Numbered from the stretch's first letter, positions 1-10,482 are shown. The stretch is DNA of 64,000 bases from Bianqueaceae bacterium (GCA_045642205.1 JAZUIK010000181.1:5306-69305); one strand, 5' to 3'. The notes: generated by a model not told the origin, from the letters alone. A program made the numbers and translations.

Positions 1-126
1 ATCTTGGAGGAAGTTTCAGTGGGGACATTGATGTATCTTCCGTTCAGATACATATTGTCCAGATTCTGGCCTTTACCCGTAGCAGAAAGACCAAATGCAG
101 AAATAACGAGATTGCTGTCTGCCATG
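1..126 (-). CDS. 5' end (first 42 codons) of an unidentified gene running off the window: MADSNLVISAFGLSATGKGQNLDNMYLNGRYINV...
   Basis: ATG at 126-124 (minus strand), open to position 1, with an AAGGTGG Shine-Dalgarno a few nt upstream. There is only a weak resemblance to the N-terminal PP2C phosphatase motif. Confidence 0.35.
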
Positions 127-302
127 TTTGCACCACCTTTTTTTATCTGTATAGTCTGACACGATAAATGTCTATAATATATGAAGCCATTATACTCTAG
201 GCTTTATTCAAGTTCAACCTTTTTATTTTTCAAAAATCGCTGTCAGCCCTTATGAATAAAGGCAATCATTTTTTCTCTCTCTGTTGATTAAAAAAGGAGG
301 TG

Positions 303-331
303 TTGACAGTCCTTACCGCCTTGGCTATACT
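303..331 (+). promoter_or_regulatory. sigma-A type promoter TTGACA-17-TATACT
   Basis: TTGACA at 303-308, a 17-nt spacer, then TATACT at 326-331, about 60 nt upstream of the ACP start. Confidence 0.5.
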
Positions 332-390
332 GTCTTTATGCAATTATCTGTCGCATAGTATTTCAAGTATACATTATGGAGGAATTAAAA

Positions 391-621
391 ATGATTCTCG
401 AAAAGATTACCACCATGCTGGAAGAGCAGGAAGTTATCGACGGCAGCAATATCACTGCTGATACCTCTTTTGAGGAACTGGATCTGGATTCTCTTTCCCT
501 GGTCGACCTGACCATGAGCTGCGAAGAGGAATTCGGTGTTCAGCTTGATCTGGAGAATCCTCCCAAGACCATCGGTGAGCTGGTTGACCTGATCAAGGCT
601 CAGACCGGTAGCGAGGACTGA
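391..621 (+). CDS. acyl carrier protein (phosphopantetheine-binding)
   Basis: LDLDSLSLVDL phosphopantetheine attachment motif (DSL) in a small acidic protein of about 76 aa. GGAGG at 378-382 favours ATG 391 over the ORF-track start at 376. Confidence 0.8.
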   Translation: MILEKITTMLEEQEVIDGSNITADTSFEELDLDSLSLVDLTMSCEEEFGVQLDLENPPKTIGELVDLIKAQTGSED

Positions 622-648
622 TCTTTTATCCATCAGAAAACAATCGAG

Positions 649-675
649 GACCCGGCCATATAGGCCGGGTCTTTT
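649..675 (+). terminator. intrinsic terminator after the ACP gene
   Basis: GACCCGGCC / GGCCGGGTC 9-bp stem with loop ATATA, followed by TTTT. Confidence 0.6.
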
Positions 676-693
676 CAGACAAAGGAAAATAAT

Positions 694-1965
694 ATGAGTA
701 AACAACGCGGACAAAGCGTTACATCCGCAGCGATCGTCCTTTCGGTGATCGTGCTGATCCTTATTGGTGCCTGCATCTACGTCGGCATCCTTCGGCACAA
801 TGAATCGAAAGAGCAGACGCCTTCTACTTCCGAGATCTCCAATGAATCCAGCCGGGTCGTTAAGCCCTCTGAGACGGAAACGATCAAAGAAGAAAGCAGT
901 GAGCTTCCTTTGGAAGAAAGTTCCGATGAACCGGATCAGGATCTTCCTCCTGTAGAAGAAGATCCCTATGCATCCACGATAGAAGCTCTTCTTTCTTCCA
1001 TGTCCCTGGAAGAGAAGGTAGGTCAGATGATCATGGCCCGGTTCCCCACAGGAGAGGACGCTGCCTATTACGCTGAAGCCTATCATCTGGGAGGATATGT
1101 CCTCTTTGATCCTGATTTTTCGGATTACTATGCCGATGAGGTCAGAGATAAACTTGATGCCTGCCAGGAAGCTGCATCGATCCCTCTTCTTCTTTCTGTC
1201 GATGAGGAGGGTGGTACGGTCACTCGAGTCAGCGACTATTTCAGAGATTCTAGGTTCCTTTCTCCCAGAAGGGCGTATGAAGAGGGTGGATTTGATCTGG
1301 TCAACGAAGAGACCAGAGAAAAATGTGAATTGCTCTTATCCCTTCACCTGAATATGAACCTTGCCCCTGTAGCGGATATATCCGGTGATCCCGGTGACTT
1401 TATGTATGATCGTTCCTTCGGTGACGATCTGAAGCTGGTCAGTTCCTATCTGCAGCAGACGATCTCCATTATGAATGAGTATGGCGTGGCCAGTTCCCTG
1501 AAACATTTTCCGGGATATGGCAGCAATCTGGATACCCATATAGGAATGTCTGTGGATGATCGTTCCATCGATGAATTTTACAGCGCTGATCTTCTGGCTT
1601 TCCGATCCGGTATACAGGCCGGTGCAGGAACCATTATGGTCTCCCATAATATCGTTAACTGCTTTGATGAAGAGTATCCCGCCTCTTTGTCTCCCAGGAT
1701 CCATCAGCTCGCCAGAGAGATTGGCTTTGAGGGTGTTCTGATAACCGACGATCTGGCCATGGGTGCTATTGTGGATTACTACGGCACCTCCGAAGCAGCC
1801 GTCCTTGCTGTACAGGCAGGAAATGACATGTTGATCACCAGCAGTTTCATCACCCAGTATGAAGCCATCCTGAATGCCGTCGAAGAAGGCACCATTTCCG
1901 AAGAACGACTGGATGAATCCGTCGAACGGATCCTCCGACTAAAGTGTCAGATGGGCTTAATCTGA
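694..1965 (+). CDS. membrane-anchored glycoside hydrolase family 3 protein (beta-N-acetylhexosaminidase, NagZ-like)
   Basis: N-terminal TM helix, an acidic/Ser-rich linker, then GH3 N-domain motifs KVGQMIM, SVDEEGG and KHFPGYG. Confidence 0.8.
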   Translation: MSKQRGQSVTSAAIVLSVIVLILIGACIYVGILRHNESKEQTPSTSEISNESSRVVKPSETETIKEESSELPLEESSDEPDQDLPPVEEDPYASTIEALLSSMSLEEKVGQMIMARFPTGEDAAYYAEAYHLGGYVLFDPDFSDYYADEVRDKLDACQEAASIPLLLSVDEEGGTVTRVSDYFRDSRFLSPRRAYEEGGFDLVNEETREKCELLLSLHLNMNLAPVADISGDPGDFMYDRSFGDDLKLVSSYLQQTISIMNEYGVASSLKHFPGYGSNLDTHIGMSVDDRSIDEFYSADLLAFRSGIQAGAGTIMVSHNIVNCFDEEYPASLSPRIHQLAREIGFEGVLITDDLAMGAIVDYYGTSEAAVLAVQAGNDMLITSSFITQYEAILNAVEEGTISEERLDESVERILRLKCQMGLI

Positions 1966-2072
1966 CTCGATCATTCAATTAGATCATTCTATTGAACACG
2001 ACAAGAAAAGAAAAGACCTTCGGTCTTCCGATGCAGCATGATTCGCTGCAGAGGAACCCGAAGGTCTTTTCC

Positions 2073-2936
2073 TTAATATTCTTCCAGAAAACTATGGACT
2101 GTTCCCTGTTTATCTTTATATGCAATTACCGTATTCAGATTAACATTCTCCACACTGCGGAAAATATTGCTTTCCACATAGGGATTGATCTCCTTTAACC
2201 GGGCGATCAGATTTTTGATCTCCAGTCGCTTGGATTCCGATTCACCATCCGGATTGACTGCTTCATTTGCTTCCGTAAAACGGCAGGCACAGCGAAGGAA
2301 GGTTAATCCATTATAGTCTCTCCAGTGGATGATGTCTTCTTCCCTGATCAGGTACATGGGGCGGATCAGTTCCATTCCTTCGAAATTGGAACTATGCAAT
2401 TTAGGCATCATGGTCTGCACCTGTGCACCATAGAGCATTCCCATCAGGATGGTCTCAATGACGTCATCATAGTGATGTCCCAGGGCGATCTTGTTACAGC
2501 CCAGTTCCTTGGCATGAGCATACAGATTTCCCCGACGCATACGTGCACAGAGATAGCAGGGATTCTTCTCGATCTCGAACACAGAATTGAAGATCGTGGA
2601 TTCAAAAATGTGGATAGGTACACCCAGCAAGCGGGCATTATCTTCGATCTGTTTTCTGTTTACCTTAGAATAACCGGGATCCATTACCAGAAAGACCAGT
2701 TCAAATTCAAACTTATTGTGACGCTTCAGCTCCTGGAACAGCTTCGCCATCAACATGGAATCCTTACCACCGGAAATGCAGACAGCGATCTTATCTCCCG
2801 GCTGGATCATGTCGTAGGTATTGATACCCTTGGCAAAAGGAGTAAACAACTGCTTGTGGAATTTCTTTCGAATACTCATTTCCACATTTTTACGCTGTTC
2901 CTCTTCTGTCAGTACCTCTTTCTCTTCGTCACTCAT
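2073..2936 (-). CDS. TtcA-family PP-loop ATPase (tRNA 2-thiocytidine biosynthesis-like)
   Basis: SGGKDS PP-loop and conserved Cys pairs (CYLCARMRRG, CACRF). ATG 2936 has an AAGGAAG RBS and avoids overlap with the upstream stop at 2959. Confidence 0.8.
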   Translation of the reverse strand: MSDEEKEVLTEEEQRKNVEMSIRKKFHKQLFTPFAKGINTYDMIQPGDKIAVCISGGKDSMLMAKLFQELKRHNKFEFELVFLVMDPGYSKVNRKQIEDNARLLGVPIHIFESTIFNSVFEIEKNPCYLCARMRRGNLYAHAKELGCNKIALGHHYDDVIETILMGMLYGAQVQTMMPKLHSSNFEGMELIRPMYLIREEDIIHWRDYNGLTFLRCACRFTEANEAVNPDGESESKRLEIKNLIARLKEINPYVESNIFRSVENVNLNTVIAYKDKQGTVHSFLEEY

Positions 2937-2958
2937 CCTGCTTCCTTTCCACGGAAGA

Positions 2959-4281
2959 TCACTGGTCTTCGTCATCCATCAGGATCGCTTCAGTCTTTAT
3001 CCAAAGACCGTTTGTCAGCTGCGCCCAGTCTTCCTTTACACTCTCAACGTCCAATCTGCTTCCTTCATGGACCAGTTCCATCTTACGGCTTCTCTCATAA
3101 TCATGCTGATAGAGAAAGGCCTCTTCCGTAACCAGTGCATTGCCTTCCACCGGGATCTCTCCGCTCATAAAATGTTCCATAAAAGCCAGAGAATAGGTCA
3201 ATCTGGTTCTCTTTGCGCTGCTTCTCTGATTTGCCGGATTCTCAAAGTCGCACATGAATACGTTGGTGGCTTCACGAATATCGTTGGTCACCCTGAGTGT
3301 ATCCAGGATGTGCTTATACCAGGAATCGTTCAATTCCTCCCAGAGATAGTCCAGCTGAGCATCCAGATCATCAATGGACAATCCCTTTTCTACCGTTCTC
3401 TCGTACAGACCTTCTTTTCTGGCGTCCATTGTCCACTGACAGAGTCCATAACCAAAGGCATCGTCACAGAAATCTTCTTTTTCATACTTACCGCTGTTTA
3501 CATCGGCGGTATATTGTGCGTCCTTACGACGGATCAGTTTTTCCGCCCAGTTCTCCAGATTGTTGCTGAGCAGTCTGGACTCTTCGTACAGGTTACCCAT
3601 CACGCCGGCAATACCGGCTTCGGTCAATCCTTTGTCTTTAAAATAGTTCCAGATCTTTTGTGCAACTGCCTCATCATACTCAATGTCAGCTGCCTTCAGA
3701 TCGCTGCCATCATTCCATGAAGAAAGGGTAGAGAAAGATACATCACTGCTTAGGACGTATCCGTATAATCCCATGGCTTTGACTGCCAGATAATCTTTCC
3801 ATACTCCGGTAACGGTCAGGGATGCCCCTGCCGCCAGGGTCGTCAATACATTGGCATCTTCTTTGGGATCTTCCAGAAGCATTACATCGTTTCCCTTCGT
3901 CTTAGCCTCTCCGGCGGAACGGAAGGGGGAGGTTACTCTGGTTCCAAAACGGATATAATGGGCATTCACATAGGCCGTGCCACCTTGATAGAGGATCTCG
4001 TACCATTCTCCGTCCGAGGTCTTTCCCGTGATCAGAAAGGTATCGCCCAAAAAAGTCTGCTCCAGCATACTGCTGCCTGCATCGGCTTCACTTCGAATAT
4101 TGACGAAGGTAGAAACAGCAGTTCCTCCACCGATGGTCACCAAAGACCCATCCGCAGTTTCTGTTTCCGCTGCATAGGGCTTTGTCAGCTGGGCCGCCTT
4201 CACCTTCTGCGCAGGACTTATAGGCAAGATAAGGGCCAGTGCCAGCAATAGGCTGAGCACTTTATGTAAGTCTTGTTTCAT
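2959..4281 (-). CDS. secreted cell-wall hydrolase-like protein: signal peptide, SH3b repeats, lysozyme-like domain (phage tail lysozyme type)
   Basis: Signal peptide MKQDLHKVLSLLLALALILPISPAQKVKA. SH3b-like segments (GEWYEILYQGGTAYV, KDYLAVKAMGLYGYV). GVMGNLYEESR ... GYGLCQWT motif. Confidence 0.6.
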   Translation of the reverse strand: MKQDLHKVLSLLLALALILPISPAQKVKAAQLTKPYAAETETADGSLVTIGGGTAVSTFVNIRSEADAGSSMLEQTFLGDTFLITGKTSDGEWYEILYQGGTAYVNAHYIRFGTRVTSPFRSAGEAKTKGNDVMLLEDPKEDANVLTTLAAGASLTVTGVWKDYLAVKAMGLYGYVLSSDVSFSTLSSWNDGSDLKAADIEYDEAVAQKIWNYFKDKGLTEAGIAGVMGNLYEESRLLSNNLENWAEKLIRRKDAQYTADVNSGKYEKEDFCDDAFGYGLCQWTMDARKEGLYERTVEKGLSIDDLDAQLDYLWEELNDSWYKHILDTLRVTNDIREATNVFMCDFENPANQRSSAKRTRLTYSLAFMEHFMSGEIPVEGNALVTEEAFLYQHDYERSRKMELVHEGSRLDVESVKEDWAQLTNGLWIKTEAILMDDEDQ

Positions 4282-4373
4282 ATAATTTACAAAGTCTCTC
4301 TGTTTTTTAATGTGAGTTGTTCCATTGTACTAGAGAACCCAATTTCTGTCAAACCGGCCTCCCTGTACATTCC

Positions 4374-4859
4374 TCACTCTACAGTGATCTTTGCATAGGA
4401 AAAAGGTACCAGTTTCTTCAGATCTTCCGGAGATAATTCCACCTGATGTCCGATCTTTCCTCCACTCACAAAGAACCTCTCCAGAGAGGCAGCACTTTCA
4501 TCCACCACTGTCGGGAACAGTTTTTTCATTCCTACAGGAGAACATCCTCCATGGATATATCCCGTCAACGGAAGCAGTTCCTTCTGCGGGATCATATCGA
4601 TGCTCTTTTCGGAAACAGCTTTTGCTGCTGCCTTGAGATCCAGTTCCTTTGCCACAGGGATCACAAAGACATAGTACTTTTTCGACGCTGCCTGGGTGAC
4701 CAGCGTCTTATAGACATGATCCACATTTTCTCCCAGAGATTCCGCCACTTTAACACCATTGACAATAGAGGGATCATATTCATGGGGAAGAAAGGGGATC
4801 TTCTTTTGTGTCAGGATCCGCATGACATTGGTCATTTCGATCTTTTCTTTTTTTGCCAT
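4374..4859 (-). CDS. ybaK: Cys-tRNA(Pro)/Cys-tRNA(Cys) deacylase YbaK
   Basis: Full-length similarity to YbaK/EbsC family proteins (N-terminal TNVMRILTQKKIPF..HEYD, GGCSPVG). Confidence 0.8.
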   Translation of the reverse strand: MAKKEKIEMTNVMRILTQKKIPFLPHEYDPSIVNGVKVAESLGENVDHVYKTLVTQAASKKYYVFVIPVAKELDLKAAAKAVSEKSIDMIPQKELLPLTGYIHGGCSPVGMKKLFPTVVDESAASLERFFVSGGKIGHQVELSPEDLKKLVPFSYAKITVE

Positions 4860-4956
4860 TTTCTACCGCCATCCACTTTTCATTGAAAGTTCATTGAATG
4901 AATGTACTCAAACTTTAATCCTTTTTGAGATCAAAGTCTTGCTTCTTTCTTGTTTC

Positions 4957-4987
4957 GAAAAAAGGATCGGGAAGCTCCCGATCCTTT
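4957..4987 (-). terminator. intrinsic terminator downstream of pepF
   Basis: GGATCGGGA / TCCCGATCC stem followed by a T-run when read on the minus strand. Confidence 0.6.
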
Positions 4988-5006
4988 GATTCGCTTTCAA
5001 ACCTGA

Positions 5007-6824
5007 TCAGTTGTTTGCGCAAAGTCTTGCGTAAGTAGCTTCCGCATCAGCCACGATAGATGCAAACTTGTTCAGCGCTGCATCGATAGGAGCAGAAGTA
5101 GTCAGGTCTACACCACCATGCTTCAGAGAATCCAGAGGATACTCGGAAGAGCCCATGGACAGGAATTCCAGGTACTTCTTGACAGCCGGTGCACCTTCTT
5201 TCAGGATGCCCTCGGAAAGGGCCGCAGCAGAGCAGTAACCGGTCGCATAGACATAAACGTAGAAGCTTCTGTAGAAGTGAGGAATACGTGCCCACTCGTA
5301 GCGGACCTCTTCATCCATGACCATCTCGGGACCAAAGTACAGTTTGACCAGACCTTCGTAAGTCTTATTGAGCCACTCTGCACTGAGTGCTCCTCCATTT
5401 TCTACTTCCTCGTGAGCCAGCTTTTCAAACTCAGCAAACATGGTCTGACGATAGACGGTACCCTTGAAGTTTTCCATATACTGGTTCAGAAGATACATAC
5501 GGGTCTTGTCGTCGATATCCTGCTTTAAGAGCTGCTCGATCAGAAGATTCTCATTTACGGTAGAAGCGATCTCTGCAACAAACAGAGTATAGTCTGCATA
5601 CTGTGCCGGCTGATGCGTCTTTGCCAAAAGGGTATGCTGAGAATGTCCCATCTCATGGGCCAGTGTCGATACGGAATCGATGGTACCGGTGTAGTTCATC
5701 ATGATATAGGGATTGCAATCATAGGTTCCTGCAGAATAAGCACCACCGGATTTACCGGTATTGGGATATACATCGATCCATCTCTCGTCGTAGGCACGCT
5801 GGACATTGCTGACATACTCTTCGCCCAGAGGCTTTACTGCCTTCTTGACCATTTCCTTGGCCTCATCGAAGGTATACTTCAGTTCCAGATCCCCTACCAG
5901 AGGCGCATAAACATCGTAATAGTGGATCTCATCCAGTCCCAGCATCTTCTTTCTCAGTGCTACATAACGGTACATAGCATCCAGATGAGAATGAACGGTA
6001 TCGACCAGTCCGTCATATACGGATACGGGGATGTTGGAATGCGCCATGCTCATGGCACGAGCAGAGGGGTAGTTACGGGTACGAGCTGCAAAAGCATCTG
6101 CCTTTACGTTAGCGGAATAGGTAGCTGTAAAGGTATTGATATGCTGCTTGTAGGTCTTGTAATAACTCTGGAAGGATTTCTTACGGATGTCTCTGTCCTG
6201 ACTGGACTGGAGCAGGATATAGGTAGCTCCGCTGACATCGATCTTATTGCCATCCTTATCCTCGATGGGATCGAAGACCAGATCGGCATCCTGCAGATCT
6301 CCGGCGATATCTCCGGGTGCTCCGGTAATCTCTCTCATTCCGGAAAGAATCTTTTCCTCTGCCTGGGACAAAGTATGTGCCTTGGCACGCTTCAGATCTT
6401 CCAGCATATGCTTGTAATCCGCAAGCTCAGGCGCATTGACAAAGGTATCGAACTTGTCTTCATCCATGGAAAGCAGTTCAGGATTCACAAAAGAGAAGGC
6501 AGCCCCGATCTTAACAAACTTGCCGGAAGCCTTTGCAGACATGATCTGTGCAGCTTCTCCTCTGGTGTCTTCAGAACGGCGGAGCATGGGATACTGGTAC
6601 AGATTGGAGATCTTACGATCCAGCATGGTCTGTCCATCCAAAAACTCCTTTAATACAGCGGGAGACTCGGTCAGTCTTCCCTTGTAAGTCAAAAGTCTCT
6701 CAACTTCTGCATCGACAGTAGGAAGAGCGGCTTCCCATGCCTCATCACTTTCGAACAAGGGACTCAGGTCCCACTTAAACTGTTCTTCAATCTCAGAACG
6801 ATCTTTGATCTTTGTATCTGCCAT
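5007..6824 (-). CDS. pepF: oligoendopeptidase F (M3B)
   Basis: HEMGH zinc motif and PepF-like length and sequence throughout. ATG at 6824 with an AAAGGA RBS is preferred to the TTG at 6842. Confidence 0.9.
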   Translation of the reverse strand: MADTKIKDRSEIEEQFKWDLSPLFESDEAWEAALPTVDAEVERLLTYKGRLTESPAVLKEFLDGQTMLDRKISNLYQYPMLRRSEDTRGEAAQIMSAKASGKFVKIGAAFSFVNPELLSMDEDKFDTFVNAPELADYKHMLEDLKRAKAHTLSQAEEKILSGMREITGAPGDIAGDLQDADLVFDPIEDKDGNKIDVSGATYILLQSSQDRDIRKKSFQSYYKTYKQHINTFTATYSANVKADAFAARTRNYPSARAMSMAHSNIPVSVYDGLVDTVHSHLDAMYRYVALRKKMLGLDEIHYYDVYAPLVGDLELKYTFDEAKEMVKKAVKPLGEEYVSNVQRAYDERWIDVYPNTGKSGGAYSAGTYDCNPYIMMNYTGTIDSVSTLAHEMGHSQHTLLAKTHQPAQYADYTLFVAEIASTVNENLLIEQLLKQDIDDKTRMYLLNQYMENFKGTVYRQTMFAEFEKLAHEEVENGGALSAEWLNKTYEGLVKLYFGPEMVMDEEVRYEWARIPHFYRSFYVYVYATGYCSAAALSEGILKEGAPAVKKYLEFLSMGSSEYPLDSLKHGGVDLTTSAPIDAALNKFASIVADAEATYARLCANN

Positions 6825-6907
6825 TATATTTTTTCCTTTCAAAAGGGAATCACTATGCGAATCCTAAAGGGAAATTCTCATAGTGATTCCTATCATTTAT
6901 CAGATGA

Positions 6908-8746
6908 TTAATCCAGTTCAGCCTTACCTGTGTACAGCTCGTAATATCTTCCCTTCATCTCCAGCAGTTCCTCATGGGTTCCACGCTCGATGATCTCTCC
7001 GTGCTCCAGGACCATGATCTGGTCAGCATTACGGACAGTAGAAAGACGATGCGCAATAACAAAAGTGGTACGATTCTTCATCAGTCTTGCCAGACCGTGA
7101 TCGATATGACGCTCCGTACGGGTATCGACGGAGGAGGTTGCTTCATCCAATACCAGAATAGGTGCGGTGCTGATGGCTGCTCTGGCAATGTTCAGAAGCT
7201 GACGCTGACCCTGAGACAGGTTTCCACCGTCTTCTTCCAGAATAGTGTCATAACCCTTATCCAGTCGCATGATGAAGGAATGCGCACTGGCTGTCTTTGC
7301 TGCCTGCTCGACCTCTTCATCGGTAGCATCCAGTCTTCCGAAACGAATGTTTTCACGCACAGTACCAACAAACAGATGGGTATCCTGCAGTACCATAGCA
7401 ATATGCTTACGCAGTTCGGTTCCATCAAAGTCACGGATGTTGGTGCCGTCGATGGTGATGGTTCCTTCGTTGATATCGTAGAAACGATTCAGCAGGTTGG
7501 TAATCGTAGTCTTACCGGCACCGGTAGATCCGACAAAGGCTACCTTCTGACCGGGCTGTACTTCGACATTGATATTCTTAAGAACGGTCTGTCCTTCGTT
7601 ATATCCAAAGGATACATTCTCAAGGATCACATGTCCCTGGATATTCTCCATAGGAACAGGATTCTCGGTTGTCATCTTCTCAGGCTCCTGGTCCATCATA
7701 GTGAAGACTCTTTCTGCACCGGCAAGGGCGGAAAGAACGGTAGTTACCTGATTAGCCATCATACTGATGGGCATGGAGAACTGTCTCGAGTAGTTGACGA
7801 AAATTGTCAGACCACCAACATCGAAACGTCCCAATGCACAGAAGATACCGCCGACCATAGCAACCAGTGCATAACTGAGCTGTCCCAGGTTACCCATTAC
7901 AGGACCCATGATGCCACCGTAGAACTGTGCCTTGATCTGCTTCTCTGCCAGATCCACATTCAGATCGCCGAATTCTTCGATACAGATCTCTTCGTGATTG
8001 AATACCTTAACGACCTTCTGTCCGTTAACAGACTCTTCGATATAGCCATTGAGCGCACCCAGCGCTTCCTGCTGAGAACGATAATATTTCTGTCCTGCTT
8101 TTGCCAGAAGACCTGCCAGTTTGATGAATACAGGAACCAGTACAATGGTAATAATGGTCAGCCAGATATTGGTGTAGATCATCATAGCCATGGTACCTAC
8201 CAGCGAAATGATACTGGAGAACAGGTTGATCAGGGTGTTATCCATCATCATACCGATGTTATCCACATCATTGGTAAAGCGGCTCATCAGATCACCGGTC
8301 TGGTTAGAGTCAAAATAGCGAACGGGAAGCTTCTGCAGTTTGGTGAACAGTTCATTACGGATCTCTTCCAGTGTATTCTGGGAAACATGGATCATAATGC
8401 GCTGTTCCAGATAGGTACCGATGATGTTAACCATGTAGACGGCAAACAGTGCCAGAAGACCTGCAGCAAAGCCGGCGATCTTTTCCAGGCCAACACCTTC
8501 GATAATATAGTTATTGATGATCGGGCGCATCATATACGATGCAGCCAGCGATGCAATGGTCTTTACAAAAACAAGGAAGAGTGCAACTGCAACTCTGATC
8601 TTGTTCTTCTCAAGATACGAAACGAGACGAAGGATCGTACCTTTGGTATTCTTAGGCTTGCGGGTATCTCTTCCACGGCCGGGACCACCGGGGCCGCCGG
8701 GACCGGGACCCATGGGAGCGCCATTTCTTTTTCCGTTAGGTGCCAT
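6908..8746 (-). CDS. ABC exporter, fused permease/ATPase (heterodimer partner B)
   Basis: Six-TM exporter domain, Walker A GSTGAGKTT, signature LSQGQRQ, Walker B ILVLDEATS. The N-terminal tail is Gly/Pro-rich. Confidence 0.9.
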   Translation of the reverse strand: MAPNGKRNGAPMGPGPGGPGGPGRGRDTRKPKNTKGTILRLVSYLEKNKIRVAVALFLVFVKTIASLAASYMMRPIINNYIIEGVGLEKIAGFAAGLLALFAVYMVNIIGTYLEQRIMIHVSQNTLEEIRNELFTKLQKLPVRYFDSNQTGDLMSRFTNDVDNIGMMMDNTLINLFSSIISLVGTMAMMIYTNIWLTIITIVLVPVFIKLAGLLAKAGQKYYRSQQEALGALNGYIEESVNGQKVVKVFNHEEICIEEFGDLNVDLAEKQIKAQFYGGIMGPVMGNLGQLSYALVAMVGGIFCALGRFDVGGLTIFVNYSRQFSMPISMMANQVTTVLSALAGAERVFTMMDQEPEKMTTENPVPMENIQGHVILENVSFGYNEGQTVLKNINVEVQPGQKVAFVGSTGAGKTTITNLLNRFYDINEGTITIDGTNIRDFDGTELRKHIAMVLQDTHLFVGTVRENIRFGRLDATDEEVEQAAKTASAHSFIMRLDKGYDTILEEDGGNLSQGQRQLLNIARAAISTAPILVLDEATSSVDTRTERHIDHGLARLMKNRTTFVIAHRLSTVRNADQIMVLEHGEIIERGTHEELLEMKGRYYELYTGKAELD

Positions 8747-8748
8747 GA

Positions 8749-10482
8749 TCAGTTCGCCTCCTTTCTATCCATCTGAGAGTAATAGATTTCCTGATACTCC
8801 TCGTTGGACGCAAGAAGTTCATCGTGTGTTCCGATACCGGTAATCTTTCCGTCATCGATAACGACGATCTGATCCGCATCCTTGACCGAAGTAATACGCT
8901 GCGCAATAATGATCTTTGTCGTTGCCTTCAGTTCGTTGTTAAAGGTCTGACGGATCCTTGCTTCAGTGGCGGTATCGACCGCACTGGTGGAGTCGTCCAG
9001 GATCAGGATCTTGGGCTTCTTCAAAAGTGCTCTGGCAATACACAGTCTCTGTTTCTGTCCGCCGGATACATTGACACCGCCCTGTCCAAGCTCACGCTCG
9101 TAGCCATCCTTATGCGCGGTAATAAAGTCATGTGCCTGTGCACTTTCGCAGGCAGCCTCGACCTCTTCCTTTGTAGCCTTCTCATTTCCCCAGAGCATGT
9201 TCTTGTAAACGCTTCCGGAGAACAGAACATTCTTCTGAAGGACCATGCCGACGCTCTCACGCAGGTTGAACAGACTATAGTCCTTAACATTGATGCCGTC
9301 TACCAGCACTTCTCCTTCATCTACATCGTAGAGTCTGGGGATCATGCTGACCAGAGTGGTCTTTCCGCATCCGGTGGAACCGATGATTCCGACTACACTG
9401 CCGGGTTCGATGGTCAGATTGATATTGTCCAGAACCTTTTCTTCACTGTTCTTATAGTAACGGAAGTTAACGTTCTTGAATTCGATCTTTCCTTCGGTAA
9501 TCTGCTTGTCACGATGGGTTGCATACACATCAGTAATGTCGACCTCTTCATCCAGCACCTCACCCAGACGCTTACTGGAAGCAGCGGCACGGGATGCCGT
9601 CATAAAGATCATGGATACCATCATCAAAGATCCAAGGATCTGTGTAATGTAGGTAATAAAGGCAGTCAGATCACCCAGTTTCATGTTGCCGAGCATGATC
9701 ATACGTCCTCCGAACCACAGAACAGACAGAGAAGTCAGATTCATGATCAGAGTCATGATCGGCATGATCAATATCATCAGTCCCATAGCATTCAGGCCGG
9801 CAGCCTTTAGATTGCCGTTGGATTCACGGAACTTTGCATTCTCGTATTCGTCACGAACGAACGATTTGATAACACGGACGTTGGTGATATTTTCCTGTAC
9901 GTTTGTATTCAGGGCATCGATCTTTCCCTGCATTGCAGAGAACTTCGGGAATGCGATACGGATAACCACGATCATCAGGATCACAAGAATAGGGATCGCC
10001 ACCAGAAGGATCATGGAAAGCTGAGGATTCAGCTGGATCGCCATGATCAGTGCACCGATCAGCATACCGGGAGCACGCAGCATCATTCTCAGACACATAT
10101 TGACAAAGTTCTGCATCTGCGTGATATCGTTGGTCAGTCGAGTGACCAGAGAACCGGTAGAAAACTTATCGATGTTAGCGAAAGAAAATTCCTGCACCTT
10201 TTTGTAGGCATCTTTTCGAACATCTTTACCAAAGTTGATGGATCCCTTGGCACCAAAATAAGCGCCGCCTACACCACCGGCTACCATCAGAAGGGAAGTC
10301 AGGATCATTAACAGACCCATCCCTACGATGTATCCGGGATTCTGGTTGGTTACACCGTTGTTGATGATGTTGGCAAAAAACTTTGGCATCAATACTTCAC
10401 CAAGAACCTCGACGATCATCATCAAGGGTCCCACGATGAAGTATGTCAGATAGGGTCTGATGTACTTAAACCATCGTTTCAT
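8749..10482 (-). CDS. ABC exporter, fused permease/ATPase (heterodimer partner A)
   Basis: Walker A GSTGCGKTT, signature VSGGQKQR, Walker B ILILDDSTS. Separated from the downstream partner by a 2-nt gap. Confidence 0.9.
   Translation of the reverse strand: MKRWFKYIRPYLTYFIVGPLMMIVEVLGEVLMPKFFANIINNGVTNQNPGYIVGMGLLMILTSLLMVAGGVGGAYFGAKGSINFGKDVRKDAYKKVQEFSFANIDKFSTGSLVTRLTNDITQMQNFVNMCLRMMLRAPGMLIGALIMAIQLNPQLSMILLVAIPILVILMIVVIRIAFPKFSAMQGKIDALNTNVQENITNVRVIKSFVRDEYENAKFRESNGNLKAAGLNAMGLMILIMPIMTLIMNLTSLSVLWFGGRMIMLGNMKLGDLTAFITYITQILGSLMMVSMIFMTASRAAASSKRLGEVLDEEVDITDVYATHRDKQITEGKIEFKNVNFRYYKNSEEKVLDNINLTIEPGSVVGIIGSTGCGKTTLVSMIPRLYDVDEGEVLVDGINVKDYSLFNLRESVGMVLQKNVLFSGSVYKNMLWGNEKATKEEVEAACESAQAHDFITAHKDGYERELGQGGVNVSGGQKQRLCIARALLKKPKILILDDSTSAVDTATEARIRQTFNNELKATTKIIIAQRITSVKDADQIVVIDDGKITGIGTHDELLASNEEYQEIYYSQMDRKEAN

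Noticed and set aside
6974-8776. 600-aa + strand ORF opposite the ABC exporter gene. The same applies to 8824-9810, 5613-6653, 14953-16122, 16381-17346, 19123-20349, 20325-21248, 43413-44525, 47629-49059, 49191-50318, 50340-51482, 52566-53774, 53814-55772, 57036-58409 and 62589-63506.
   Set aside because: Each lies entirely antisense to a gene with unmistakable family motifs. The frames are codon-aligned shadows; I checked two pairs. The translations are low-complexity (rich in I, D, L, H, Q, G and S) with no recognisable domains or RBS.
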